This document shows positions 13,101-26,933 of a DNA stretch of 64,000 nucleotides, one piece after another; position 1 is the first letter of the stretch; every line of letters starts with the position of its first letter. The translations under genes were made by a program, and so were the position numbers. This DNA is from Antedon mediterranea (lineage: Eukaryota > Animalia > Echinodermata): positions 5,788,101 to 5,852,100 of the forward strand of contig NC_092677.1 in assembly GCF_964355755.1 (NCBI RefSeq), given 5' to 3'. The notes beneath the pieces are model-generated. The model was not told the origin of the DNA. It did not search any database and saw only the letters and a list, made by a program, of their open reading frames with translations.

Positions 13101-16100
13101 CCTATCCCTATACATTATACAAAATAATATATATTTAAAGTTGCAACTGCATTTTGATTGATTTTTTATCTAGTGACTTTATCTTGTACCTTTTTAGATA
13201 ACTTTTGTTTTCAGTCTAAAGAATCAAAGAATATTATTGTACATGTTCAAATTTATTTGTAAAAACTAACATTTCTAATAATAATCCAGGGACTTTCTAA
13301 ATGTTTTATTTTGGATGAAACCTGAAGGTACTTATCTGAAAACTATTGTATATATTATTGTAAACATAGCGATGAAGATTGTTATGTTTAACTACTTTCA
13401 TTGTTACATTTAAAACATTATGAAACTGTAGTATACTCATTTATTAGTGTACTTAAACAGAAATGAAACGCACAAGAATAAACAATAACAATAGACATAC
13501 TTCTTTTTCCTTTTATGGTTAAAGTTTTCTCCCTGCTTCTAACAAATTCAGATTGTTATATTTTAACAACTTTCATTTTTATTCTTAAAACAATAAGAAA
13601 CCGTAATAAATTATTACGAAACTCATTTATTAGTGAAGTTTATTAATATCAAGAAAACCGAAACCCCTTAATGACAAACATCATACGATAGAACTACTTC
13701 TTTTGTTTAGATAATTGTCTTCCTGTTTAATGCGTGGATTTATATTGTAACTATACATACATTACAACATGATCGGATGTAATGTAGAAAATATATATTA
13801 ATGGTTGTAAAGTGAAAACACTAACTCCGGAACCAATTCAATTCTAGGCCTTAAACCTTAGGTGCAATTGTTGAAATTTATGTATAATGCATATCAAGAG
13901 TGTGCAACGTTCCCAGCTATTAGACCTATGATGAAAAAAACCCTAGTTTATTTTCTTTTTTAAAATGTATATTTTTCAGATCTACATACGCCACAAATAA
14001 TGATATCTAAATCTAATGTCTATATTGGAGAACCAATCTCCATGATCTGCAACGTTAGTAGCAATTGGTACGCACAAGTACATATCACGTGGTTCAAAGA
14101 CAACGCCATCTTCACAAACGATAATAACAACTATTCGTATAGACTACAAATTCCAGCCGCATCTTTACTTGATAATGGAATTTACCAATGTCGAATCCGA
14201 AGTGACGACTTAGAAAAAATAAGTACTGGTATTTACGTATCAGTTACAGATGTTTGTGAGTATTATACCTCAATGATTGAAGACATTAGTTAGGTCACCT
14301 GACTTTGATACAGAAAGACCCGGATTTAATTTCCGAGGGATGACAAAGTGGCATGAAAAAGAACTTAGTACAGTGAGCTCATAAATAATAGCCCATCCCA
14401 TACGTTCGGAATGGCACGAGACTCTCCTTTACCTTTTGTAATTGAAGGTAATAAGACAAATAATTATTAAAAAGATATTATTGATTGATTTATCAATATC
14501 AATATATTATTGATTTATTAATTCGTCATAAAACATTTACATAAGATAATGGAAAAAAGAAGGTCCAAAAAACATTTAAAAACATGAGAAAAGAAAACAA
14601 TTATATAAAAGTAATATTACTTGGCCAAAAAGAATGATTAATAAATAAAAATTTAAAAATTTGCTTTATTAAAAAATTATTAAAATTATGGATACTACTT
14701 TACAGACTTTCCAACTTGAAACAATTTACCATTGGAAGGTTTTTTTTATGTATGTACAACTATGAGGGCGCAATCAAATTTTTAAAATTACATTAAGCCA
14801 TAAAAGTCCGCGCTTCACAAATAGGAAAATATTTACATCTTTAATATTAAGTAGTCAGGCGTGTCTAAGGGGAAAATGCGTACCAACTCAACATTAATTC
14901 ATTTATTAAATTAAAATTTATTACATTTCTTACGTTTCAGTTATCGATGCTAAACTGTTATACGAATCTGACACTGGTGTTGTAACATGCATTGCGGATG
15001 GACATCCCCCGCCCTCGCTAGTCAGAATATATTATAATGGAGAAAAAGTTGCAGAAGGTGACTCCTCGACCATTTACACAATGGACACATCGGTTTGTGG
15101 AGAAGCTATTATGTGTTATACAAAGAATGCTAGAATGAACAACACTACACAACTACAAACAGATGAGCACTGTAAAGGTATGGATAGTTATCACAAACAT
15201 GATTACGTAACACCAAAGACTAAAATTTATAATAGAAAATCGTATCTATGGGCTCATACCCCATTTACCTAACCAAAATGTGTTTACAGGAGAAAGAGCA
15301 CATGACAAGCCGAATGTCAAGTATGGCAACAAAAATCGCTGCCCATTCGGATAAGTTCAGATTAGCTGTGGTTTTAATTGGTCATGACGACGATGACAAT
15401 AAAATACAAATTATATGTGAGAGTTCTTTTATTTAGCTGTAGGCGCGGGCCCAAATAAAATTAGAATATACTTCTATAGACTTTCTAAAGTACATCAATC
15501 ACTAGATTACTAATTTATAGGATGAAATCACTGGCGTTGGTGTTTTTTTCTTTACGGTAGCGATATTTAAGACGACTGGTTTATCAGTCTAGTCTATCAA
15601 CCATGCGCAGTAACCTGGTGTATTAATGTATGCTTACACGACGCTCTATCGACAGGGGGCGCAATAACAGTACTAGCAAAAATCATTCCTACTTCATTTT
15701 GCAGTATATAAGTTTCGCATGACTCGCCAACATATTAACCTTGCGCAGTTTAAAATGAAAGTAATGTTGAGGGCGATGTTACCGACACGATTTTCTGTTA
15801 AAATGATTTTCTAATGTAAACCAATTGTTTGATATTGTTATTTTGGAGTTTAAATTTTTATTTTTTCAGAGGATTTTTATTCACCTTCAACATTATCAAG
15901 CACAGTTCTAATTATAATAGCTGCAATGTCTGCTTTCATCTTTGGCGCCGTTCCGACATGTGTTATTACTCGTTTTATTTATGTAAGTTTTTTTAAACTT
16001 CCAAAGATTTTTAGTCAGTAAATAAAAAAAACAAACAAACAAAAACAAGATAAAAAAGAACAACCTAAGAAATTGAAACTATTATATTAAAATAAAATGT

Positions 16101-16745
16101 ACACAATTTGTTCATCTATCAACTAAAAGTACCGTAGGCCTATATCTATATATTACGTTAATATACATTACTAATAAACAAAGTTAGTAACAATTAATAA
16201 TTAACAGAATGTATTTCAGTTTGTTGAATTTAGGACATTATGATTTTATATTGAATTATATATATATTTTAAATTAATAAATACGGTAAACTAGTAATGT
16301 GATCCTAACAATGATGGTATACGTTTTTCAGAATTTAACGCCTAGGCCTACTTATTAAAATTATTCTTTTGAATTGATGAGCCTACCCAAACTATAGGTT
16401 AACATCAACGAACAACTTGTAATACTAGTATTGTTTCTTTAGTAAATTGTCTGTGATCTGATTGAAGACAGGTCTACACAACAGTATCTTAGATGTAAAA
16501 CACCAACAAATAAATTGAAATCATTATTTTTTATTTAGATAAAACGAATAAGAACAATTCATTGTGAGTATCGAAATCCTCGCTACCAAGAACTAAAAGT
16601 GTCTGCGCTTCCTGCCATTTACAAAGAGCTCAACAAAGTTACTAAAGTAGATAACGGTGCTAGGCCCACGACGACGACAAGAAAGGAACAAGTCAACACG
16701 GATTCGAATGTGGCCAAAAGCATTTATGAAAATATTTCAGAATAA
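10119..16745 (+). CDS. Gene 1: apparently intact IgSF type-I receptor with 5 Ig-like domains, TM, and ITAM plus ITIM tail
   Basis: Exons: SP 10119-10167 (MVLFQATLIFVIHSVV), V 10675-10998, C 11822-12133, V-like 12677-13012, C2 13980-14255, short Ig 14941-15177, TM 15870-15982, tail 16539-16745 (...YQELKVSALPAIYKEL...SIYENISE*). All are GT-AG, phase-compatible and stop-free. A probable non-coding exon donor lies near 9249. Confidence 0.85.
11613..11740 (-). repeat. Helentron/DINE-1-like short interspersed repeat (other copies ~31470-31568, 39335-39425, 40478-40548, 45090-45205, 56338-56445, 60516-61285)
   Basis: Shared layout: ACAAGGCCA..AGTCGCGTG, (GACC/GACA)n microsatellite, ATAGTGA.CTATAGAGTCGCG...CGCGACTAA terminal hairpin. 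The family assignment is inferred from this layout. Confidence 0.65.
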
Positions 16746-19084
16746 GAAAAAACACTAATCTTGTAACTAAGAGATTCTATTTTTATTTCCTGATGAAAGC
16801 AAAAAATGATGACACGTATACCAGCATACGTGTCCCTAGTTTTACAAAATCAAAATCTTTAATTATTGCACCTACTTGTGTTGAAATATTTTGTTAACAA
16901 ATGTATTTAAATTAATAATGCAATCGATATGAGTGGATGGAGGCCACATTGACTTCAGTGAACATTATGTCGGAAAACAACTCCAATAATATTAACAAAA
17001 TCAACTGCCCTTAAGATGTAACCTATAATTTATTACAAAATATTTCTTATTATAACTATAACTATTATTATTATAACTATAATAATAACTACAATAGTAA
17101 TGACAATAATAACTATTGTAATAACAACAATTTTAAATGTAAATATGCATATGTTTGTTTGATGTTGTATGTTTAAGCGGATATTAGCCCTTGATGGCAT
17201 TTGCAGCAATAAAGAAATTGAATTGAACAAGTAAATACAATTGAAAAAAAAAAATTCAAATTAAATTCCCCCTATGTGCTAGGCCTACTGGGTGAGTTAT
17301 ATGGATTTGTTTCCCCTTCCTGCAAACTTGTCTATTTTTGTAATATGTATTGTTTTTTGCATATTTGGCAATAAAAAATAATAATTTAAATTTGATTAGA
17401 CCCGGCTGTATACATAATTTAATGTATGATAAATCAAACGTTCGTTTATTAAATACAGTTAATCAACAACCTATAATTAGATTCCTACTATTCAAAAGGA
17501 GGTAGCTTCACAACACAATGGAGAAAACGCTTTTTGTATAGAATTTTAACTGTGTGTTGATAATAGTTAATTTTCCATTTAAATAAGAACTTGTAAATAG
17601 AAAAAAAAATACATATTTTTTTACGATTTACCTTTCAATAATCTTAAGCAATTTTAATATTCAGTCGTCGTCAGTAGTCTTGACGTAATTTAAAATGTTC
17701 CACTTGCTATATATAGTATGTGTATCTTGATAATAATTCTTATATGTATATATTGTTTTTTTATCTATATATTTATATACTCTTTTATCATCTTCTGAGA
17801 CGGAGTGACCGGCCTGAGGGTCAAAGTTTTATTTTAAACTGTGGTCATTCAATGCCATCTTGGACTATGTATTTTTGTATTTTTATGGCTAATAAAGAAA
17901 TGAAAAATAAAAAAGTGCGCTCAATCTCTATTGTAATATAACTAACTTGAATTATTGTGTCATGTGTTAAATAAAATAACATTAGTAATCTGTGCATTTT
18001 ATTTATATATTTTAAAGAAAAAAGTAATTAACCGAATAGTTGACAAACAACTCGGTCATACGGATTCGGATGGTGACGAACGTACTCGTGTGAAAAGGGG
18101 CTTAGTGGCATAACGACGTACACATGCGGTAAAGTGCAAATGACTCATTGAAAAAAAAACCATCAGAAAATAAACAATCATACATAATAATAAAAGAGGT
18201 AGCAACTAAATATGCCAGGTCGCAAAATACTGGGCGGCAAATGTAAGTGGCAATGTTTGTTGAGAAGAGGTAACGGAGTAGACCCGTGATAAGTAAATAC
18301 ATCACATTTGAATGTAAATGTCACGGAGCTATGATATTATGCGATTAACAGATAATGGTCAATAAAAAATAATACGCAGACTATATTTTTAGCGTACCTT
18401 GGATGGAAGCAACATTTTAAAAAAACAGTGATTTTCATTGGATGTCCAAATAATGACCTAAACGTGGTCAGTGTTGTAATGAACAGTTTTGCAATTTTAA
18501 TATTCAAAACCAGAAGTGTAGCTTCGGTATATATATATTTTTATGACGGATGATGAAACTGAAATATAAACTGATAAACAGCAGAATAATCTGTATTTAT
18601 TAAAAAAAGCTAAGGTTGTGAAGAAAGGGATTCAACGAGTAAATCGTAAGTGTGTATTTGCAATCAGGATTTTTTTTTATAAATGATAAAATTATATATT
18701 TATGTACTACTGTTTTCATGGTAAAGACTAAACTTAGAATAACTTATTTAAAAGCAATATTTATTAATAAAAGATTTATATAATATAATATGTACATCTT
18801 ATATACATTTATATTGTACCATACTTATATTATTTGATTTAATATTATTGTAATGAAAGTTATTAGTTATAAGAATTCTTTTATTGTCACGAATATTTGG
18901 TCTTTGATCAATGAATCATTCCTATCATATTCCTCTCTCTTTCCAAAAAAATATATTGAACAAATAAATCTAAATGAAATATGAGAGTTAAACAAGTATT
19001 CTCAGTAGTTGGTCATAGCATTGGAAATGACAGTATTTAAAATGCTAACACAATGAAGGAAATTTTTTCTTTTCTACTACATAG

Positions 19085-21178
19085 ATGTCAACATTTGTAT
19101 TTCTGTACCTACTGTTTCTGATTGAACACGCCATCGGTAAGTTTTTTTCAGGTGTACAACAGAGAGAATCCTGCTCGGCATAGCCTCTTGCATATCTAAT
19201 ATATATTATTACATTATCTAATCTAAAACTAAACAACTAATGGTTGTTTGTTGAAGATGCGTTAATAAACAAACTCTTGCTCTAACATCACGTAATAGCT
19301 CAATAAATATACATTCTGATCAGAACGTCATAATTTCTTATTGTTATTTAAGATTTATAACATTAATTTAACCGTGTTATAATTGGGGTAATTGTATTTA
19401 TAAAGAATACTAATGCATTATATACAAATTATAAGAAATTGTATTTCTGTTATTGGCTGACCAGTTTCGAAAATGATATTTTCTCGACATTGGTATATGA
19501 CAAGAGTGTTTAACTCAGTAAATAAAGAGGAGGAGGGGAGGAGAATAGAGGGAAGGGAAGAGTGGGAGAGGGGAGAGAGAGAGAGAGAGAGGGTGGAGAT
19601 GATAAGGACATGGAGAGCGTGCATGAATTCGTTGAAAACCTGAACTTGTGCAAAAACATGATATCTGTACTCATTAATTGTTTCCAAATTAGCATTCTAA
19701 ATTGCTAATGTGGTGTTTTGTATCCAAGATTATTCTATTTATATTTTAGCATCAGATGTTATAATATCTGTAATTGAAGGTGAATCAATTACAATTCCTG
19801 CTGGAGGTGGTATTCGCAAGGACGAAATACATTCGATAAGTTGGTTTAAAGGTAAAAACATTCGTCATCAAGTTATCGTTAATTCTGTTAATCGTCAATC
19901 TGGCAGATTTTCGATTGTTAATGCCTATGGAGATTTGATGATACAAAATGTAAGCAGAGAGGATGCAGGATACTACACTGTTCAAGTTGTTAAAAGTGGC
20001 GAGGAAAATCAAGAGACCATGACATATCCCCTGGATGTATATTGTAAGTTTTAAAATATGTTTAATATTAGTATATCTTTAATTTAGATATTCTAAAATT
20101 AGATAAGTATACGTTTTTTGAATATTTACACTCAAATCAAATTTCAATTAAATGAAAACTTTCACAGGAGGATTAGAAAATATATAAGTTAAATTAATGT
20201 TTTAGTTATTTGCAGAATACTATTCACAAGGTTATTACAATGACATTTCTTCTTATTCTTATAAGAACATTCTTTGTTCAGTTTTTAAAATACCCATATT
20301 TTGTAACATACATTTATATTCAATTTGAGTTAGCAAAGATACCGTATGAATTCACAGTTAATGCATGCCAATGTCATCACAAAAGACATAAAGAGTGGCA
20401 CCCCATAACGTAGGTCGGCTAAACTAGTTGTGCCCTAGACCGTACTAGCCGTTTGTTCCGTGTACAATAACGCAGTACACCCTTTGGAAAAGAGAAGGGG
20501 ATCGTCTCTCGGTGTACTGCCCAATATACCAACAGCAGGACCTCTACAGACTTAGTGGGCTATACTTGGTGTATAACACTAAAAAAACAACACAAAAGAT
20601 AAAACAAGTAGGCTTATTACTATATGTCCTTCTTTTCTATCGCAGATATGGATTTTCCAACTCTTACATCGAACACTAAAAATAATAACGATAGCAAGTA
20701 TATTATATTTCACTGTCAATGGAGTGAAATATATCCCAAAATGAAACCGAACGTTACGTGGATACAAAATGGAAATTTACTTGACCCCAACACAATTAAA
20801 TACAAAGGAAGTAATACTATAATAAATAGGGTTGTTTATCAAGTGTCTGAAAACGACTATGGAAACTATGCTTGTCGTGTCACTGTTGAAACAATGGCAG
20901 GAAATATGAACTAGAAGAGCAGTGTCGAAGAAATTACGCAAAGTAAGTACAGTATTTACAATCAGGCATTCTTACATAGAAACCGTGTTTTTTATTATTA
21001 TTGTCAATAGGAATTTGAAAGGTTTTATCTACACTAACTCTTTTTAAATAGTAAACATTGATTTTTTTCAGTTGCTCTGGATTTAACCTCACCAACGGGC
21101 ATATTGACTACAGTTTTAATATTAGCTGTTATCGCTTCGTTCGCCATTGGTTATTTTGTAGTAGCAGGTTTTCTTTAT
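19085..21178 (+). pseudogene. Gene 2: SP-V-C-TM unit with an in-frame stop in the C exon and no tail exon of its own
   Basis: SP 19085-19136 (MSTFVFLYLLFLIEHAI), V 19750-20043, C 20646-20942 with TAG at 20912-20914 where the paralog has AAG, TM 21072-21178. It is followed directly by the gene 3 SP exon. Confidence 0.8.
20385..20580 (+). repeat. Degenerate SINE-like fragment in the V-C intron (paralogous copy ~22930-23140)
   Basis: Two diverged copies of a GC-richer segment containing GCACATTAAAGAACGCAGTACACTCTTTGAA, reminiscent of conserved SINE central domains. The family is not certain. Confidence 0.4.
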
Positions 21179-21387
21179 GTAAGTATAAAGATAAATTATG
21201 TGAATTGATTAGAACGGCCAGAATATATTTGCTCCCCACCCATAGAATTCGCCCCTGGATATGTGACGCGATTAATTATTGTAACAAGTATTCCCAGTCA
21301 ATAGTTGATCATAGCATTGAGAATGACAAGCAGTATTTAAAATGTTATCAAAATAAAGGAAATGTTTTCTTTTCTACTACATAGATT

Positions 21388-24300
21388 ATGTCAACATTTG
21401 TGTTTCTGTCCGTACTGTTTCTTATTGAAAATGCAATCGGTAAGTTTTGTTCAGGTGTAAAACAGAGAGAATCCTGCTCGGCATAGTCTCTTGTACATCT
21501 AATATTATTATTACAAAAATACGAATAATGGTTGCTTGGCGAAGATGCGTAAGAAACAAACTATTGCTCTAACTTCACGTAGTAGCTAGCTCAATAAAGA
21601 AATAATTATTCCCATCCTTACTTGAAATAATGCAAATTTAAAAATCTAAGATGTCTTAAATCAAACCGCGTAAAATAACCGCGTTATAATTATATATTAA
21701 TAATATTATATTTATAAAGAATACTAATACATGTACAAATTATATGTTATAAAAATTATGTTATATTGGCTGACCAGTTCCGAAAAAGAGACCATTTTTA
21801 CATAAATATTTTTCTGTTTACTTAAAACAAAAGATTTGGTTACTTCAGTGTGCATAGCTATGTAATTTCTATAGGAGGTGGAGAAGGGAAGAGTGGGCGG
21901 GGATGGGAGGGAGGAGGGGGAGAACGTGCGTGCGAGTGGCAACTGACTGCGAAAGGAAAATTGTATGCAACACAATACCTTATTGTTCATTTAATCATGG
22001 ATCCTTAATCCATGATTTAATGCACATGAGTGCGGCGCGTACATATCGGTGACCATCAAAATACCGAAATTAGTATTTACTGTTCTATGATGATCTATTG
22101 TTCATCATCCGGGTTGTCGTGGCGGACTACATAACACAATGTCCTGGTCTGGTAGTTTGTATTAGTCATTAATTGTTTCTGAATTAGCACTCTAAATTGC
22201 TAATGTGGTGTTTTTATCTCAGATTATTCTATCTATATTTTAGCAATACTATCGATAATTGAAGGTGAAACAGTCACAATTGCTGTTAGAAGTGGTATTC
22301 GCAATGACAAAATACATACGATAAATTGGTTCAAAGGCGAAGAAATAAGTGTAAATCTATTTATCCTTAATTCTGAAGCAAGTAAATCTGGCAGGTTTTC
22401 AATAGTTAATGCCTATGGAGATTTGAGGATACAAAATGTAAGCAGAGAGGATGCAGGGTACTACACAGTTCAAGTTGTTGAAAGTGGCGAGGTATATGTT
22501 GAGACCATGACATATCACCTGAATGTATATTGTAAGCTTTAAAAAATGTTTAATAATTTTTAATTTAGATATTCGAAAATAAGATCATTATACGTGTTTT
22601 TCAACAATCAAATTTCAATTGAAATGAAAACTTTCACTTAAGGATTAAAACAATTAGAAGTTATATTAATATTTTGCTATTTGCAGCATACTATTCACAA
22701 GGTTATTAAAATGATATTTCGTCTTATTCTTATAAGAACATTCCTGTAAATACGATTTATGTGGGAAATATGTGGGAAATTCTTTGCATATCATTTCGTA
22801 TATGGTCTAAATGTTTTGTAAAATTATTTTTTGCAATAACTTAGAAATATTTGTGTAAACATGTACTGTATTTATATTCAATTTTAGTTAGCAAAGATAT
22901 AGATTCACCAATTCTCTGCAATGTGATCACAAAGGACATGAAGAGCGGCATTTTACGTAGTCGGCTAAACTGGTTATGCGCTAAACCGTTGGTCCCATGT
23001 GCAACATGGCCAATGTGCACATTAAAGAACGCAGTACACTCTTTGAACAAGATTAAGGGATCGTCTCCAGATGTGCTGCCAAATTTACCACCAGCAGGAC
23101 CTCTACGGTCTTAGTGAGCTATCCTGGGTGTATAACACTAAAAAAGAAACCAACATCACAAAAGATAAAACAAGTACGCTTATTACTATAATTATGTCCT
23201 TCTTTTCTATCGCAGATACGGATTTTCCAACTCTTACATCGAACATTAAAGATAATACCGATAGCAAGTATATCATATTTTACTGTCAATGGAGTAACAT
23301 ATATCCCATAATGAAACCGAATGTTACGTTGATACATAATGGAAATACACTTGACACCAACACAATCAAATACAAAGGAAGTAATAATGGAGTAAATAGG
23401 GTTGTTTATCAAGTGTCTGAAAACGATTATGGAAACTATGCTTGTCGTGTCACTGTTGAAACATCAGTTGGAATTATGAGCAAGACGAGCAATGTCGAAG
23501 AAATTACGCAAAGTAAGTATTTAAACCATGTTTTTTTTTAAATTATTATTGTGAATAGGAATTTGAAAAGTTTTATTTACACTAAGTCTTCTTACATAGT
23601 AAACATTGTTCTTTTTTCAGGTGCTCTGGATTCAATTACCTCACCAACGGGCATATCGACTACAGTTTTAATATTAGCTGTTGAAACATCAGTTGGCATT
23701 ATGAGCAAGACGAGCAATGTCGAAGAAATTACGCAAAGTAAGTGTTTACAATCAGGCATTTGTTACATAGAAACCATGTTTTTTTTTATTATAATTGTGA
23801 ATAGGAATTTGAAAGGTTTTATTTTCATTAACTCTTTTTACATAGTAAACATTGTTTTTTTTGCAGGTGCTCTGGATTCAACCTCATCAACGGGCATATC
23901 GACTACAGTTTTAATATTAGCTGTCATCGCTTCATTCGCCATTGGTTCTTTCCTGACTTTTGTAGCAGCAGGGTTTCTTTATGCAAGTATAGAGATAAAT
24001 TATGTGAATTGATTAAAACGGCCAGAATTTATTTAGTAACATCAAAATTTGAAAAATACCTCTATGGAAGTACTACATACATATCAAAACAAAAAAGATA
24101 CAGAAACAACAAAATAAAAAGACACCGTGTTTGATAAACTGGCACTACTCATGCTTCTAGATATCGGTGGCGAATCCAGGATTTTGAAAATGGCGGCGGG
24201 GGGGGGGGGGGGGGGTTTTGCAGGGTCTAAAAGTAGTGAAATGAAGTTCTTAACTTAATTTGATGTACTATCCTATGCATTACACATTGTGAAAGCTAGA

Positions 24301-25059
24301 GGTGGCCCGGGCCGGGAGGCTGGGTAGGCAGCTCCACACCCCACCCCTTGAACCCCTCCTGGATAAGTGACGCGATGAATTATTGTAACACAATACATTT
24401 ACTTTAAAGCACAATGCAGATTATTACAATAAGATCTAAAGAGGCAACATATAACATCAGTAGAACATTTCATATTGGGATTGAGCGAGTTGCTTCTAAA
24501 AAACACGTTTCCTCATCACTGCGATCACACGTGAGAATATGAGTACCAAGACTTCTCAAATAATTCATCGATTGCAAACTCTTTACAACAAACTGACGTA
24601 CTAGTTGCTGGAGTATAGAAACTGTTAGAGTTATAAAAGCAAATCAAGATCCTTAGCGATAAATTAATATGATATAATATGCCAACTGTTTGTACTAAGA
24701 AACTTGATTTGGCCGATTTTTGTTGTGAACTTTACAATATTTAGTTAAAAGTAATAAGGTTGCAATGCAAATTGTTATTGAAATTACAACCTAAAAATAC
24801 GATTTGATTAGTTAACAATCCAATGTTAAAATCAGTTGTTATCGCTTCAATCGATCTTAGACTAAGTTGCTAATTATGATTGTGAAACAATGGTATTAAA
24901 TAAAATCGACAGCAATAAGAAACTTACTTTCACTCAAATGATACATTATTGTTTTTACAGAAAAGACGATTAGGTCTGAAAGAAAACAAGTCTAAAGATA
25001 ATGACCTCCAATATCAAGACATGCAATATGCGTCACCCCTTCTCATTACCAGGAGCTAA
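21388..25059 (+). CDS. Gene 3: SP-V-C-(chimeric stalk)-TM-tail receptor with a GC donor after TM and a frameshifted tail
   Basis: SP 21388-21439, V 22244-22531, C 23216-23512, chimeric exon 23621-23737, TM 23867-23982 (donor GCAAGT), tail 24961-25059 KRRLGLKENKSKDNDLQYQDMQYASPLLITRS*. Confidence 0.72.
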
Positions 25060-25977
25060 AACCCAGTAAGTAAATACACGACAAGAAGGCGGAAAAATGT
25101 CAAAACGTATGCAATGACAAGAAGACAAGATGAAGATGTACCTGAACAAGTTTTAGATTAAGTTCTCATTTACCTATAGATCTTTAATAGTAGGGGCTGA
25201 TATGAAAAGAGTTGTGAAAACAAAAACGATTCTATATACTAAAAAGATATATGAACGTTCCTCCTAAAATTAATAATTGTAATTTATATGAACCCCGCTA
25301 CTAGCCTACCTACATTTTTAAAGTTGATATAGTGATTTTAATTATAAAAGATGCATTAATTATTTTATGTAAATAAGGTACAATAAAAATAATAATTTAA
25401 ACAGCGCAAACTAAAACTAGGCCTAATATATGTTAACAATTGTTTCCACTAGTCAAATTTTCGAATCGAAAGCGTCATCTTATACGCATGGGTGTATTGC
25501 AAAGCGAAAATTGGTGCTAAACCAATCACGAGTTCAGGAAATTAGTTATGACGCTTCAGTGAGCACTTATGCGTATCTTAAATCTCAGTAGCAGACACGC
25601 AATGGAAATGAAAATCGGCAAAAAAAAAAGAAAAAAATAAATATTATAAAACTATTTATAGGCTATAAATACAAAAGCGAGTTTATAGTATCTTCTTCTT
25701 TTTTTTATGTATAGACAGTTTAGATTTAATGGGGCTAAGAGAACTTGTGAATTTCATTCTGATATTATACTAAGATACTAATAATATTTGACTGTTGTAA
25801 TGAGGACTTGCTTTAGTATAAGTGACTTCTGTGATATTCCTTTAACGTTTTGCTTTAAAGATATATTTAAATAAAAATTAAAAAGATGAATAAAATAAAA
25901 TTTTGAACACGAAATTTTGCAGTTCACATGTTCACCTTGCAACTTTCTGGTGTCAACTAAGTTGGCCGTTAGTGGCT

Positions 25978-26933
25978 ATAGTCATTTTAGTTTGTTTGTT
26001 TATTTTAGGAACGGACCGCGCGTGTGAAGGTACAGTAGTTAAAAAATAAAAATTATACTGCAAATTAATAAAGATCAATACAAATTAAATATACGCCATA
26101 AAGAATCGGAAGATATTGTGAGGAATAGTATTAAAAAATTACATAGGGAGATCTGATGATGATAAGACATTTTATTTAAAATCGAGTGAAATCCCGATAG
26201 CCGAGTTTTATTGAATAAGCTGGCAGGAATAACTGTAGGCTATCTGTGTCCCGTTAGGACCGGGATGTCTGCCCAAGTTGCAAGCCGCCTAAAACGTCTT
26301 CCTTCTTGGGCCGAAACAGCCCACTCTGTCGCGGAAGTTAGTTTCAAAAGACGTTTAAATTAAATAATGTATTGATTATTAGGATGGCATTTATTTGAAT
26401 AAACGCCTCCCCAAAAAAACATCACTTTGAATAATAATCGCCCCTTCCCCCAACCCAACTTTCTAATAAACGCCCATCCACAATTATACACACAATATTG
26501 TATTATATTTATAATAACACAATTATACTGTTTGTAGTAGAATTCATCGCACTGTTATCTACAATTTACCAAGCATGTCCTTCTTTTTCACCACTTTTCA
26601 TATCTATTATAGGATTTTATTTAACTATAAATGTTACCATTATTATTTAAAAAAGAATTAAACATATCCCTCGAATGAGCACCTCCCTCAAATGAACTCT
26701 ACCTCCCCACCTCCGCCCTATAAGGGTCCTACTAAACAATAAACACTATACTTTAAAATGCTATTAATCATCTAAGACACTGTGAAAAAGAGTAGGTTTA
26801 GTTTTACGAATGTCAAGCATTTTAAATAATGGTAACCGACAGAGAAAACGTACAAGGAGAACGTCCTTTTTAAACGAGTCATTATCATTCCAAGAACCAT
26901 CGTCTACACTTCCTAGAGTACTTCCCTCTAGTA
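25978..26933 (+). repeat. About 0.9-kb non-coding segment duplicated at ~48139-49034
   Basis: Colinear similarity by eye (e.g. GTGTGAAGGT.CAGTAGTTAAA, TGTGTCCCGTTAGGACCG.GATGTCTGCCC, GAACCATCGTCTACACTTCCTAGAG). The copies lie upstream of genes 4 and 8. Confidence 0.8.

Noticed and set aside
17033-17230. Hydrophobic Ile/Val-rich ORF and similar short AT-rich ORFs across the window
   Set aside because: They are translations of (AAT/ACT)n or purine-tract low-complexity DNA, or antisense shadows of Ig exons.
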